DNA of 64,000 nucleotides from an uncultured Bacilli bacterium (GTDB lineage Bacteria; Bacillota_I; Bacilli_A; ML615J-28; CAG-313). The DNA is taken from the NCBI GenBank assembly GCA_934133195.1, contig CAKPAZ010000002.1, forward strand, positions 13,954-77,953. The letters run 5' to 3'. The notes under the pieces were generated by a model. That model was not told where the DNA came from and did no database searches. It saw nothing but the letters and a program-made list of their open reading frames with translations. A program made the position numbers and the translations under genes. The stretch's first letter is position 1. Every line of letters begins with the position of its first letter. Shown piece by piece: positions 1 to 9,591 of the stretch.

Positions 1-451
1 ACTTAGCTTGTTTAACATCAACTTCTAATTTTCTGATTACTTTTATTACTTCTGCAAGTTCTTGTTTTACGTTAATGATTTCTTCATTTAAACGACTATT
101 TGGTTCTTTTAAACCATCTAGTTTTTGTTTTAATTCTAAGCTATGTTTGCTTAATGATTCATATTGTTTATTACTAATTTCTAATTGTTTTTGTGATTCA
201 ACTAGTTTGTTATAATTTGTTTCAATTCTTTGAAGTGTATTAACATTTGTAATTGTTTGTTTTAATTCTTCAAATGTTATTTTTCCTTCAACAAAGTCAT
301 TAGCAAGTTGTTTACTCTTTTTCTTAGCATTACGATGTGCAAGTTCAGCTTGGAAACTTTTTGAGTTTTTGTTTCCACCTCTAAAAACGACAACACCAAG
401 GAAGATTAGAGCTATTAAGCTAATGCCTAATAAAATGTACAAAAATACCAT
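1..451 (-). CDS. membrane-anchored coiled-coil protein, C-terminal part cut off by the window edge
   Basis: Not in the ORF track because it runs off the window. The ATG is the complement of 449-451 and is preceded by AGGAGG (complement of 461-466). The translation starts MVFLYILLGISLIALIFLGVVVF (one TM helix), then a Lys/Glu/Gln-rich heptad-like sequence continues to position 1. No family recognised. Confidence 0.55.
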   Translation of the reverse strand, partial: MVFLYILLGISLIALIFLGVVVFRGGNKNSKSFQAELAHRNAKKKSKQLANDFVEGKITFEELKQTITNVNTLQRIETNYNKLVESQKQLEISNKQYESLSKHSLELKQKLDGLKEPNSRLNEEIINVKQELAEVIKVIRKLEVDVKQAK

Positions 452-468
452 CTCATCAATCCTCCTTT

Positions 469-3400
469 CTATTTACGTTTTTCAAGCTTAAATTCTTCAC
501 GCTTACGGTCTATTTCATTGTTGATCTTTTCAGCATATTCAAATAGAACTTCACGAGGATTATATAAGTTATTAATTACTTGACGATAAGCATTTTCCAT
601 TTCACGGCCAGTGATATAACTACCAGCAATTTGTGGGATTTCACAAGATTGTTCCCATTGTTTCATTAGTATTTCAAGGTCATCTTTTGGCCATGCAAGA
701 GCGTTAAGAGCTTTAACGTTTGCTGTAGTATGACGAGCAGCAGAACCTAAAATTCCTTCCATCTCACGTCCAAATGATACTTGTGATTCATATGATGACC
801 ACCATTTAACGAATTCCCAAGAATCATTCATTACTTGTTCACTAGCTAAGGCAGGTTGTTTCATTACTACACAACCAGAACCTGAGGCAGTAGCAGTATG
901 ATTGATTGTACCATCAGCTTGACGAGTACCAGGAATCATGTGGAAGCTCCATTTACCTTTTAGTTCAGGAGCAAATACACTTAATGTATTATATAATTCA
1001 TAATACGCTATACCAATTGGCATTTCACCAGATCTAAAACGGTTAACAAATGATGCTGATTTAGGGAAAGAATATAATGTATAGAATTCAGTCCATTGTT
1101 CAAAAGCATCCATTGCCTCATTACTAGATAAACCAGTTTCTTTATTGTCTTTTGTGTAAAGACGTCCATTACGTTGATATAATAAAGTTACAAACACAGG
1201 GTTTAATGCTGATGCACCAGCGTCATTTACTGGTAGATAGAATTGAAGTTGATCTGTTTGTAAATCAGCAACTAAGTCTATTACATCTTCCCATGTCATT
1301 GAATCCCAGTCATAAACATCACTTAATCCTTTTTCATCCATAATGTCATCACGAACGAACATCATTAAGAATATTTGTTTTTCTGGAAGTGCATATGTTC
1401 CAGTTGTTCCATCACGTGGATCTGGAATTGTTGTATCAGTATAATATTTACTATCAAAATAGAATTGGAATTGACTTAGTGAACTTTCCATATAGAAGTT
1501 ATTTGGAATAGAATCACTATTTAAGATTTCTGAATAAGATTTTGTATCTTTTCCAGTAACACCATTAATTTCTGCATATCTTCTTACAACAGCTTCTTTA
1601 TAAGTTTCGCCATTCCATACGAAGGCAAAATCTTTATCTTTTACTACTGGTTTATACATTGTTATGAAACTACCAGTAGAATCTTTTTTAACTGTACCAT
1701 CTTCATTATAGCAGTAAGCATCTGCATAAACTATTGCACCATTAGCATCAAGTTCATAAATGAATGATGATAAGTCAAGTACGGCATTTCTTAATGCGTA
1801 GTTAACAGGTAAACTTGAATCAACGTTTAAAGCAACATCTGGACCGATTCCCGCAAGTGTTGCTTTTAACAATACATCTGCGGCGGTTAATTTTAATTCA
1901 ACGTTAATGTTTGTTTTCGGTGTAAAGTCAGTATCAATTAAGTTTCTTATTACGTTAGCTTGGTCTCGACCTTGTGTCATCCAAACTTCGATTGTACGTT
2001 GTGTATTTCCACCTTCTACAGTTTTACTGATTGATGAATAATCAATAAAGAATGATAGGAAGAATGATACAATACCATCCCAAACACCACGGAAGAAACC
2101 TTCATTTGGTTTTTGAATCTTAACATCTGGAGTATGTACCTCAATGTAATCTATCATTAATGGTAACTCTCTTAAATCGTTAAGAATTGTACCAAGTGAT
2201 GAAATGTTGTTTGAGAATGTAGTTAAACGATTAGGGATAGAACGAAGATTATCTTTTAGGAAGTCTGTTAATTGAACAACTACGCTATCGATAACACCAG
2301 TTTTATCACTCTTTGTTCCAGAAATTCTTGTAATATTATCAGAAATATCTTGAAGTTCATTACGATATTGAGCAATTAATCCATCTTCACCCGCATATTC
2401 AGGGAAACGTACATGTAATTGATAGTCACGGTTAGCATCTGGAGTAACAGTTGTATAACTAATAATTGAACGATATAAGTTATTTAATTTTGTTACAACA
2501 TCTTGAATACGACTAATTAATGATGCATATTCACCTAATGTTACTTCCATACGAATTGTATGTTTAATAGCATTTCCATCTTCATCTTTAGCTTTAAAGT
2601 AGAATAAGAAATCTCCATCTTCATTTCCTAATGTTACATTTTGCCATTTTCCACTATAAGCAAATTGAACGTCATTTAATTCATCAAATAATATTTCATC
2701 ATCAACATAAACCATACGGCTTGAGTACATTCCTCTTACCATATTTTGTTTAGCACGCATTGAAATATTATAATATCCATCTTCAGGAACAGTGAATTCC
2801 CATTCAATCCAATCTCCTAATACCTTCCAACTAGTACCACCAATCGCATTTAGATAAGTCTTAGTATATGAGAATGGTTCAGTTAAAGAACTTGAACGGT
2901 CAGTTGTTGGATAAAGAGTTGGAGAAGATTTGTATAAACTTCTTTCTGCTTCAAATCTATATGATGAATTAGTTAAATTATTATTTGGATAAGTTTTTAA
3001 TAAATCATTTAGATAATCTTTATAAACTTTTTGTTCAACAGCTGTTTCAACAGTTAACTTATATATTACAAGTGGTTCTTTTACAGCGTCAAATGTAATA
3101 TAATTTAAGCCTTCTTCAAAGTAGAATTGATATGGTTTTGTTTCATAATACATATAGTCTCTTAGGTATGTTCCTGTATATGTATGTTCTTCTACTTGTT
3201 TAGGTTTTAAGTGGTTACCTCTTGTGTCTGATTTAAATTCTCCATTTTCAAATGCATCTTCAGAATCTTTCCATACACGTGAGAAAGTTAATGCTTCAGT
3301 ACCTTCAAAAGGTGTTTCACCATTAATCTTGATACCTCTTTCAATTGATGAACTATATCCCTTAACTGTAAAATAATCTAGATAAATTGAATAGAAACCA

Positions 3401-3852
3401 GCTTTTTGAACGTTAAACGCAAGTGAAACGCTTCCGGAATCTTCTTGATAAATTAGTTTTGAATTTTTAAGTTCTTCACTAGCATTATCAACCATGTAAG
3501 GTCTTGAACCTTTATCAGTTCCTTCAGTTACTTCATAATCATATGGTCTAACACCTGATTTATCTGTATCACTATGTTCAGCATCATAGTTATCAGCGTT
3601 AGCTACTATTTCTACTCCTTGAGGATAATAATCCTCATTACCATATGTTTCTAAGTGGTGTGCTTTCTTTTCTTCTAAATATTTACTATAAGCTTCATTA
3701 CTCGAGCTACTACTCGATGTACTTCCTGTAGTTGTGGTTGTATTATCATCAGCATATACATGACTTTTTACAACGCCACTAGCATTTAAAAGAAAGTAAG
3801 ATGCACAAAGAAATACTAAGGTAAAAATACATACTTTTCTAATTTTCTTCAT
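469..3852 (-). CDS. large secreted protein: two CBM-like beta-sandwich modules fused to a C-terminal ABC-type extracellular solute-binding (family 1-like) domain
   Basis: 1127 aa ORF. N-terminal signal peptide (MKKIRKVCIFTLVFLCASYFLL) followed by a Thr/Ser linker. Two similar modules are present (..FNVQKAGFYSIYLDYFTV.. and ..WIEWEFTVPEDGYYNISMRAKQN..). The C-terminal roughly 500 aa has the look of a sugar-binding SBP (IEVWMTQGRDQANVIRNLID..., WEFVKWWSS...). RBS is GGAAGGAGA. Confidence 0.6.
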   Translation of the reverse strand: MKKIRKVCIFTLVFLCASYFLLNASGVVKSHVYADDNTTTTTGSTSSSSSSNEAYSKYLEEKKAHHLETYGNEDYYPQGVEIVANADNYDAEHSDTDKSGVRPYDYEVTEGTDKGSRPYMVDNASEELKNSKLIYQEDSGSVSLAFNVQKAGFYSIYLDYFTVKGYSSSIERGIKINGETPFEGTEALTFSRVWKDSEDAFENGEFKSDTRGNHLKPKQVEEHTYTGTYLRDYMYYETKPYQFYFEEGLNYITFDAVKEPLVIYKLTVETAVEQKVYKDYLNDLLKTYPNNNLTNSSYRFEAERSLYKSSPTLYPTTDRSSSLTEPFSYTKTYLNAIGGTSWKVLGDWIEWEFTVPEDGYYNISMRAKQNMVRGMYSSRMVYVDDEILFDELNDVQFAYSGKWQNVTLGNEDGDFLFYFKAKDEDGNAIKHTIRMEVTLGEYASLISRIQDVVTKLNNLYRSIISYTTVTPDANRDYQLHVRFPEYAGEDGLIAQYRNELQDISDNITRISGTKSDKTGVIDSVVVQLTDFLKDNLRSIPNRLTTFSNNISSLGTILNDLRELPLMIDYIEVHTPDVKIQKPNEGFFRGVWDGIVSFFLSFFIDYSSISKTVEGGNTQRTIEVWMTQGRDQANVIRNLIDTDFTPKTNINVELKLTAADVLLKATLAGIGPDVALNVDSSLPVNYALRNAVLDLSSFIYELDANGAIVYADAYCYNEDGTVKKDSTGSFITMYKPVVKDKDFAFVWNGETYKEAVVRRYAEINGVTGKDTKSYSEILNSDSIPNNFYMESSLSQFQFYFDSKYYTDTTIPDPRDGTTGTYALPEKQIFLMMFVRDDIMDEKGLSDVYDWDSMTWEDVIDLVADLQTDQLQFYLPVNDAGASALNPVFVTLLYQRNGRLYTKDNKETGLSSNEAMDAFEQWTEFYTLYSFPKSASFVNRFRSGEMPIGIAYYELYNTLSVFAPELKGKWSFHMIPGTRQADGTINHTATASGSGCVVMKQPALASEQVMNDSWEFVKWWSSYESQVSFGREMEGILGSAARHTTANVKALNALAWPKDDLEILMKQWEQSCEIPQIAGSYITGREMENAYRQVINNLYNPREVLFEYAEKINNEIDRKREEFKLEKRK

Positions 3853-3855
3853 ATT

Positions 3856-5670
3856 TTATCTCCTTCCATCTATAGCTGTCAAAATATTAATTAGCCATTT
3901 AATTCGATTACTACTAGGTATAAACCCAGCTTCAACATTTCTGATTGACCATAATTCATGATGTTTTTTAATAAAAGCATTAAGAATTAAGATGTCTTTT
4001 TCGAATACGTTGTGTTCATCATTGAAAATCACTTTTTTTAGATTGCGTTGAATATCAACTAAAGTTAAAAGTAAATTTATGCTGTTTTCAATTTCACCTT
4101 TAACTAAAGTATCTTCTGAACGGATATCTTTCATTACATCATTAAACATCGATTCTAATTGTTTTAGATTTTTATCTTCAATTAAGTTCGATTTCATTTT
4201 TTCCAAGAAGTATTTAATTTGATCTTCTTGATTTTGTGAATGTTCAGCCCATAAAATTAAACTGAACAATCTGCTACCATAATCACGGTACTCTCCTTCA
4301 AGAGTAGTGTATGTAGCAAGTTTTAAAATAGCGTTTGAAGAAATAGGACCAACTAATTTATCAAGATATGGTTTAATTATTTCTTCATTTGGAGTTGACC
4401 ATGCACATTCTGCTCCATAGATAAATCCTGGATAGCTAAATGGCAAATATTGTAAGTGACCTATGTCACCCCAATCAGTAACTAAAAGGCCAAGTCCTTG
4501 ATACTTTTTGGTTGCTTCTGAGCTATTCTTAATTGAACCAACCATATCATAGTATCTAGATGTGATGGTACTCCATGTTGAAGTTCCTGGAGCCATCATA
4601 AATTTAACATCGTGTTCCCTTAGCATTTTTCCATGTGATTCAAAATCATAATTTAAATTATAACCCCAATCAACAAAGATTAAATCTTTGGGTAAACGAT
4701 TTAACGCCTCTGGATGATGAATTAATACATCACCCCACATAAGTGGCGTTTTTTTATATTTTTTAACTACTTTATAAAGTGGTAGTAAAAAATCAATATA
4801 TACATCAGCAACTGATGTTTTTTCACATGCTTCCTTGCTTTTTCCATGGCCTAGTTCATAAGGTTCATCAAAATTCATATTAAAGTATTTGGATTTGAAA
4901 TGTGGTAGCATATCATCATACATTTTTTTTACAAGTTTAAAACTTTTAGGATTAGTTGGGTCTAAAGTACTTGAGGAGCGATGAGATCCCCATATAGTAA
5001 ATCCATCAGGGCATTCCGCAAGTTCATGATATTCTTTTTTCATGAGCCAAGCGTTCATATGTCCAAATCCATTTTGATTAGGAACAAGATCAATGTAGTT
5101 CTTTTCCGTAAACGCTTCCAATTCAAGATAATCATTAAGCGTTATATAATTTTTTTCAACCAATACATCTTTAAAACTTTGATACTCATATGAAAAGCCT
5201 TCAACATAAAGTTCTAAATGATTATATTTTAAATCAGCTAACATTTGCGTTATTTCTTTTAAAGTTTTTAATGTTGGAACTTTTGAACGGCTTATATCAA
5301 TCATTGCGCCTCTGATTTCAAGATCAGGGTAATCTTTAATTTCACAACATATAATGGATTTGTTTTCAACACATTGTTTTAAAGTTTTGATTCCATAAAA
5401 GATTCCAACATCAGTTGACGCAGTTAATGTAATTTTGTTTGGATTAACTACTACTAGGTACTCTTCTTTTTTTAGTTTTTTATTGTATATAAATTCTATA
5501 TCTATACATGATGTCTCGTTATTTAATTTTATGTCTTTAAGCTTTAAATCTTTCTTTAATGTCTCAATTAAATTTTCAGAAAATTCATTGTTTTTAACAT
5601 TTAATTCACGATTTAAATTGAATTTTCCTGAGGTTGTTTGGAAAGACTTGGGGGTAGGAATTATATACAT
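3856..5670 (-). CDS. GH20-like beta-N-acetylhexosaminidase family protein (no signal peptide)
   Basis: 604 aa. The block DYPDLEIRGAMIDISRSKVPTLKTLKEITQMLADLKYNHLELYVEG is typical of the GH20 TIM-barrel start. A later block, FNMNFDEPYELGHG, has an acidic D-E pair. The canonical HLTDDQG variant is absent, so the subfamily is uncertain. Confidence 0.6.
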   Translation of the reverse strand: MYIIPTPKSFQTTSGKFNLNRELNVKNNEFSENLIETLKKDLKLKDIKLNNETSCIDIEFIYNKKLKKEEYLVVVNPNKITLTASTDVGIFYGIKTLKQCVENKSIICCEIKDYPDLEIRGAMIDISRSKVPTLKTLKEITQMLADLKYNHLELYVEGFSYEYQSFKDVLVEKNYITLNDYLELEAFTEKNYIDLVPNQNGFGHMNAWLMKKEYHELAECPDGFTIWGSHRSSSTLDPTNPKSFKLVKKMYDDMLPHFKSKYFNMNFDEPYELGHGKSKEACEKTSVADVYIDFLLPLYKVVKKYKKTPLMWGDVLIHHPEALNRLPKDLIFVDWGYNLNYDFESHGKMLREHDVKFMMAPGTSTWSTITSRYYDMVGSIKNSSEATKKYQGLGLLVTDWGDIGHLQYLPFSYPGFIYGAECAWSTPNEEIIKPYLDKLVGPISSNAILKLATYTTLEGEYRDYGSRLFSLILWAEHSQNQEDQIKYFLEKMKSNLIEDKNLKQLESMFNDVMKDIRSEDTLVKGEIENSINLLLTLVDIQRNLKKVIFNDEHNVFEKDILILNAFIKKHHELWSIRNVEAGFIPSSNRIKWLINILTAIDGRR

Positions 5671-5720
5671 ATTTTGCCATCTCCTTAAGGTTTGCGCTTT
5701 TTTCCCAATTTACTTAACTT

Positions 5721-5749
5721 ATTATATCAAAGTAAGCGTTTTTATTCAA
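5721..5749 (-). promoter_or_regulatory. sigma-A type promoter for the GH20-like gene (-35 TTGAAT, 17 nt spacer, extended -10 TGATATAAT), with a cre-like element in the spacer
   Basis: The minus strand reads cTTGAATaaaaacgcttactttgaTATAAT. The -10 is the complement of 5721-5726 and the -35 is the complement of 5744-5749. The spacer contains TAAAAACGCTTACT, which has 2 outer mismatches to the cre consensus TGWAANCGNTNWCA. Confidence 0.55.
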
Positions 5750-5794
5750 GTGATAAACTTAAAAAAAACGAAATTAGCAGAAATTGTCATTAAA

Positions 5795-5828
5795 AGCAGA
5801 AAAAAGCACCCCCAAAAGGATGCTTTTT
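5795..5828 (-). terminator. rho-independent terminator after the 416 aa GHL10 gene
   Basis: The minus strand reads AAAAAGCATCC-TTTT-GGGGGTGC followed by TTTTTTCTGCTTTT. Confidence 0.7.
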
Positions 5829-5830
5829 GT

Positions 5831-7081
5831 TTATTTCCATAATTTCTTAATGGTGTCTAACGCTTCGTCTTTTATCTCATTTTGACCTTTTACAAGATCA
5901 TGATAAGTAAAGAAAATTGTACCAGCAATATTATTAAAATTACAATTAAATCTTAATTGATTTTCAATTTCATTTGGATTTTGCCATACTTCATTAGAGC
6001 CCATTTGATATAATCCCATACCAATATAAAGAGTAGTATGTGTTTCATTACAAATATCACTCCACCATTTTGTTAAATCATGATAAGTAACATCTTTTCT
6101 TTCAAATGGGAAATATACTTGAGGTACTACATAGTCTATCCAGTTTTCCTTCATCCAAAGGTAAACATCGGAATAAAGTTCACTATAGCATTGTAATGCA
6201 CCTGCAGCATTGTATGAACCCCTTTCCCATCCACCTTCAATAATAGCAGAATTTGTACGATAGATTGCGAAAGGACTAATACCAAATAAAACTTTTTTAT
6301 TATTTTTGCTAAACGAATTTTTCAATCCATCATGAATGCTTTTAATCATTTTGTTTACATTCATTCTTCTAAAATCATCAAAGCATTGTGATTCATCTAA
6401 ACGATATTTTAAATAATCTTCTTGTTCTCTTTCTTCTGGTATCTTTGCATATGGATAGAAGTAATCATCGATATGAACTCCTTCTACATCATAATTATCA
6501 ACTACTTCCATAATTGTTTTAGTAACAAAATCAATTACTTCAGGATGACTTGGAGAAAGAATTATTTTGTTTGCACCATCTAAAATAGTATGTTCAGGAT
6601 GTAGTCTTGCAAAGTTATTTGGTGCAAGAGTTTCTAAATATTCTTCTTTTGTCATGTTTAATTGATCTAATGAAGCTTGTGATACTCTATATGGATTCAT
6701 CCAAGCATGTACTTTAATATCATGTTTTTTAGCTTCATCGATTACATATTTTAAAACATCAAAACCAGGATCTTTACCTTCTTCTCCAGTTATATATCTA
6801 GACCATGGATTTAATTTTGATGGATAGAAAGCATCATTGTTAGGACGAACTTGGAAAATGATTGTATTAATATTATAACTTGCAATATTTTCAATCATCT
6901 TTGTTAAGTATGCTTTATATTCATTTTCAGGCAAACCTTTAGGTACATCAATATTGGCTACTGTAGATACCCATACACCTCTTACACTTTGTTTATTAAA
7001 TTTGTATTCAGGAATTTCTACTACTTCATCAGAATTCCAATAATGTACATATTCATCACTACGATATTTATTTAATTTCAT
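5831..7081 (-). CDS. GHL10 (glycosyl hydrolase-like 10 / DUF187) family protein, cytoplasmic form
   Basis: 416 aa with no signal peptide. The motif block VRGVWVSTVANIDVP...NINTIIFQVRPNNDAFYPSKLNPWSRYITG...HAWMNPYR...GVHIDDYFYP is shared with the two upstream paralogues. Confidence 0.75.
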   Translation of the reverse strand: MKLNKYRSDEYVHYWNSDEVVEIPEYKFNKQSVRGVWVSTVANIDVPKGLPENEYKAYLTKMIENIASYNINTIIFQVRPNNDAFYPSKLNPWSRYITGEEGKDPGFDVLKYVIDEAKKHDIKVHAWMNPYRVSQASLDQLNMTKEEYLETLAPNNFARLHPEHTILDGANKIILSPSHPEVIDFVTKTIMEVVDNYDVEGVHIDDYFYPYAKIPEEREQEDYLKYRLDESQCFDDFRRMNVNKMIKSIHDGLKNSFSKNNKKVLFGISPFAIYRTNSAIIEGGWERGSYNAAGALQCYSELYSDVYLWMKENWIDYVVPQVYFPFERKDVTYHDLTKWWSDICNETHTTLYIGMGLYQMGSNEVWQNPNEIENQLRFNCNFNNIAGTIFFTYHDLVKGQNEIKDEALDTIKKLWK

Positions 7082-7083
7082 AT

Positions 7084-9591
7084 TTAGTCTCTCTTTCTTA
7101 AAATAAATAAAGCACCAGCAATAATTGTTATACCAGTAAGTACTAGTTCAACGTTTTTCTTACAGTTACAACCACTAGGTTTAGTTGGAACTTCAGGCTC
7201 TGGTTCAGGGTCTGGATCATCATCACCTGGTTCATCTGGTTTTACTTCTTTAGTAATATTAAAGGTGTTAGATATTACTTCAACTTGATTATCATTATCA
7301 CTTACCACAAGTTTAAATTTGCAATTTGCTTGAGGAATGATTGTCGAATAATCAAATGTAAATTCTCCTGGTTTAATTTTTCCTTCTTCTAGTAGTTCAT
7401 ATTCACCATTATCTACAGAAATATATAATTTATAATTTAAATTTGTTTGTTCATCATCCGTAATTGTCGCTTTAAAATGTTGTACCTTCTTAGTGTTAAA
7501 ATCATCAATCTTTGGTAGTGTAACTATAGGTGGTGCACTCTTGATAGATATTGGTGAATTTACTTCAACAGTATCAATAATATCTTTTACTATTACTATT
7601 ATTTTTCCATTATTAGTAGAAAAACGTGGAGCTTTAAATGTTGTGTGATATTCTTTTGTTGTTATTTTTTCATTACTTACAATTTCTATTCCATATGAAG
7701 CACCATTTGAAGAATAGATGATTGTTAAATAATAATAGTCACTATCATCATCGTCGATTGTTACATCAATTATAATATCTTCATCATATAAAAATTGAGT
7801 TTTGTTAACTTTTAAATCTACATTTGGACGATTGTTTTCTAATACTAACCATTCAACATCTTCATAGATTGAGTTATCTTGATCAAATGTAACAAGAGCA
7901 TATACTTTATTTTCTTGTTTAGTAAATGTTAATTCTTTGTTAGGGTTAATCTCTAAGGCTCTAATTTTTGATGGATCAAAATCATTAAGATTTGAAGTTT
8001 GTTCATCAAATTCATATATACCATAGCCCTTAGCTTTATCTACTTTATTTACTTTGATTGATACTTCATTTTCTTTAATCGAAATATTTTTAGGAGTTGC
8101 TTTTTCAGTTACTTTTTTGTCATATGTATAAGCTCCATAAAGTGGTGTTAACGCATTATATTTCCATGCGTGTTTTGCGACAGTTGACATTGCAAGACCA
8201 CCATCACGAGTAAGTAGGCTTGAATAACTGAAGATAAAGTATCCTTCTACTTTTTCAAGATGAGCAGAATTATAAGTTACTTGATAATACATTTCAGTTA
8301 GGCCATAGCCCCATGATTCTTTTACTTGATATAGAGCAGTACCCATATATAGTTTAGTTTTACTATCTTTTAAAGCATTACTCCACCATTTAGCGATATC
8401 ATCATAATCACCTTTTAAATGAGTATAATTTTGAGGAGTTATATAATCAATCCATTCTTCTTTAGCCCATTTTAGTGTATCAGCAAACAAGTCTGAGTAA
8501 GAATAGTAATTATTACAACTACCTAACATTCCTCCTTCTGCACCTCTTTGTGGTTCGCTTGAACAAGCCTCAACAGTTGGTGCCCAGCGTGATGCAGGAC
8601 TTATACCAAAGGCACACTTAACGTCTTTTGTTTTATTTTTTTCTCTAACCGCGTCACTTATTTGTTTAATTAATTTATTTACATTTTCACGACGCCAGTC
8701 ATATATATTAAGAGGATCAGTAGTTTCACTTACATATTGTTTATAATCTGCCATGTCTACCCATGGTTCTGTAGAGAAAGTATATCCTTTGTAAGCTGTA
8801 TTGCTTCCAATATATGATGCATCATTTGGATAAAAATAGTCATCAAAATGAATTCCATCAATATCATAATTTTCAACAATTTCCATTATTGTATTTGTTA
8901 CATGGTTTCTTACTTTTTCTGAAGCAGGATTTAAAACAAATAAATCTTCTGCACCAAGTACAACATTATGATGAAGTTCATCACCTGTTTCAAACACTGG
9001 ATTATCGATGCCTTCTGCTTGTTCTTTTTTTCTACCAAAATAAGTATCTTTAAAGTTATTTAATTCAGTAACATCGATATCTTTGATTTTTTCAATTCCA
9101 GTTGCAGGATCCTTTACCATCATAGATGTAGTTGAACCAGTTGATGCTCGATATGGGTTAAGCCATGCATGATATTCAAGGCCTCTATTATGAGTTACTT
9201 CAATCATCCATTCAAGGGGATCCCAACCAGGATCAACACCATATCCAGCTAGATATTCACTCCATGGATTATATTTAGATGGATAAAATGCATCATTAGC
9301 AGGTCTTACTTGAAACACAATTGTGTTAAAATGATTAGCTTCAGCGTTATCTAATATTTTAATATACTCATTTTTCCATGATGCGATAGCAGCTTCATCT
9401 GTACCTAGTTGACGATCAATGTTAAGATTTCCAACCGTTGCAACCCATACAGCTCTCATATCTGTTGATACTTGAGTATAGGGTACAAACTTGCCATCCC
9501 ATGCTGCTTTTGATACAGTTGTACAAATTAGCAGACAAAAGGACATTAAGCATATTCCCATAAGGGCTAGTTTTTTACATAATTTCTTCAT
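7084..9591 (-). CDS. surface-anchored GHL10 family glycosidase with Ig-like repeats and a C-terminal GCNCKK-TM-RKRD tail
   Basis: 835 aa. Signal peptide MKKLCKKLALMGICLMSFCLLICT. GHL10 block MRAVWVATVGNLNI...FNTIVFQVRPANDAFYPSKYNPWSEY...HAWLNPYR...GIHFDDYFYP. The C-terminal half looks like beta-sandwich repeats, followed by the linker DEPGDDDPDPEPEPEVPTKPS and then GCNCKK, a hydrophobic helix and RKRD. Confidence 0.75.
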   Translation of the reverse strand: MKKLCKKLALMGICLMSFCLLICTTVSKAAWDGKFVPYTQVSTDMRAVWVATVGNLNIDRQLGTDEAAIASWKNEYIKILDNAEANHFNTIVFQVRPANDAFYPSKYNPWSEYLAGYGVDPGWDPLEWMIEVTHNRGLEYHAWLNPYRASTGSTTSMMVKDPATGIEKIKDIDVTELNNFKDTYFGRKKEQAEGIDNPVFETGDELHHNVVLGAEDLFVLNPASEKVRNHVTNTIMEIVENYDIDGIHFDDYFYPNDASYIGSNTAYKGYTFSTEPWVDMADYKQYVSETTDPLNIYDWRRENVNKLIKQISDAVREKNKTKDVKCAFGISPASRWAPTVEACSSEPQRGAEGGMLGSCNNYYSYSDLFADTLKWAKEEWIDYITPQNYTHLKGDYDDIAKWWSNALKDSKTKLYMGTALYQVKESWGYGLTEMYYQVTYNSAHLEKVEGYFIFSYSSLLTRDGGLAMSTVAKHAWKYNALTPLYGAYTYDKKVTEKATPKNISIKENEVSIKVNKVDKAKGYGIYEFDEQTSNLNDFDPSKIRALEINPNKELTFTKQENKVYALVTFDQDNSIYEDVEWLVLENNRPNVDLKVNKTQFLYDEDIIIDVTIDDDDSDYYYLTIIYSSNGASYGIEIVSNEKITTKEYHTTFKAPRFSTNNGKIIVIVKDIIDTVEVNSPISIKSAPPIVTLPKIDDFNTKKVQHFKATITDDEQTNLNYKLYISVDNGEYELLEEGKIKPGEFTFDYSTIIPQANCKFKLVVSDNDNQVEVISNTFNITKEVKPDEPGDDDPDPEPEPEVPTKPSGCNCKKNVELVLTGITIIAGALFILRKRD

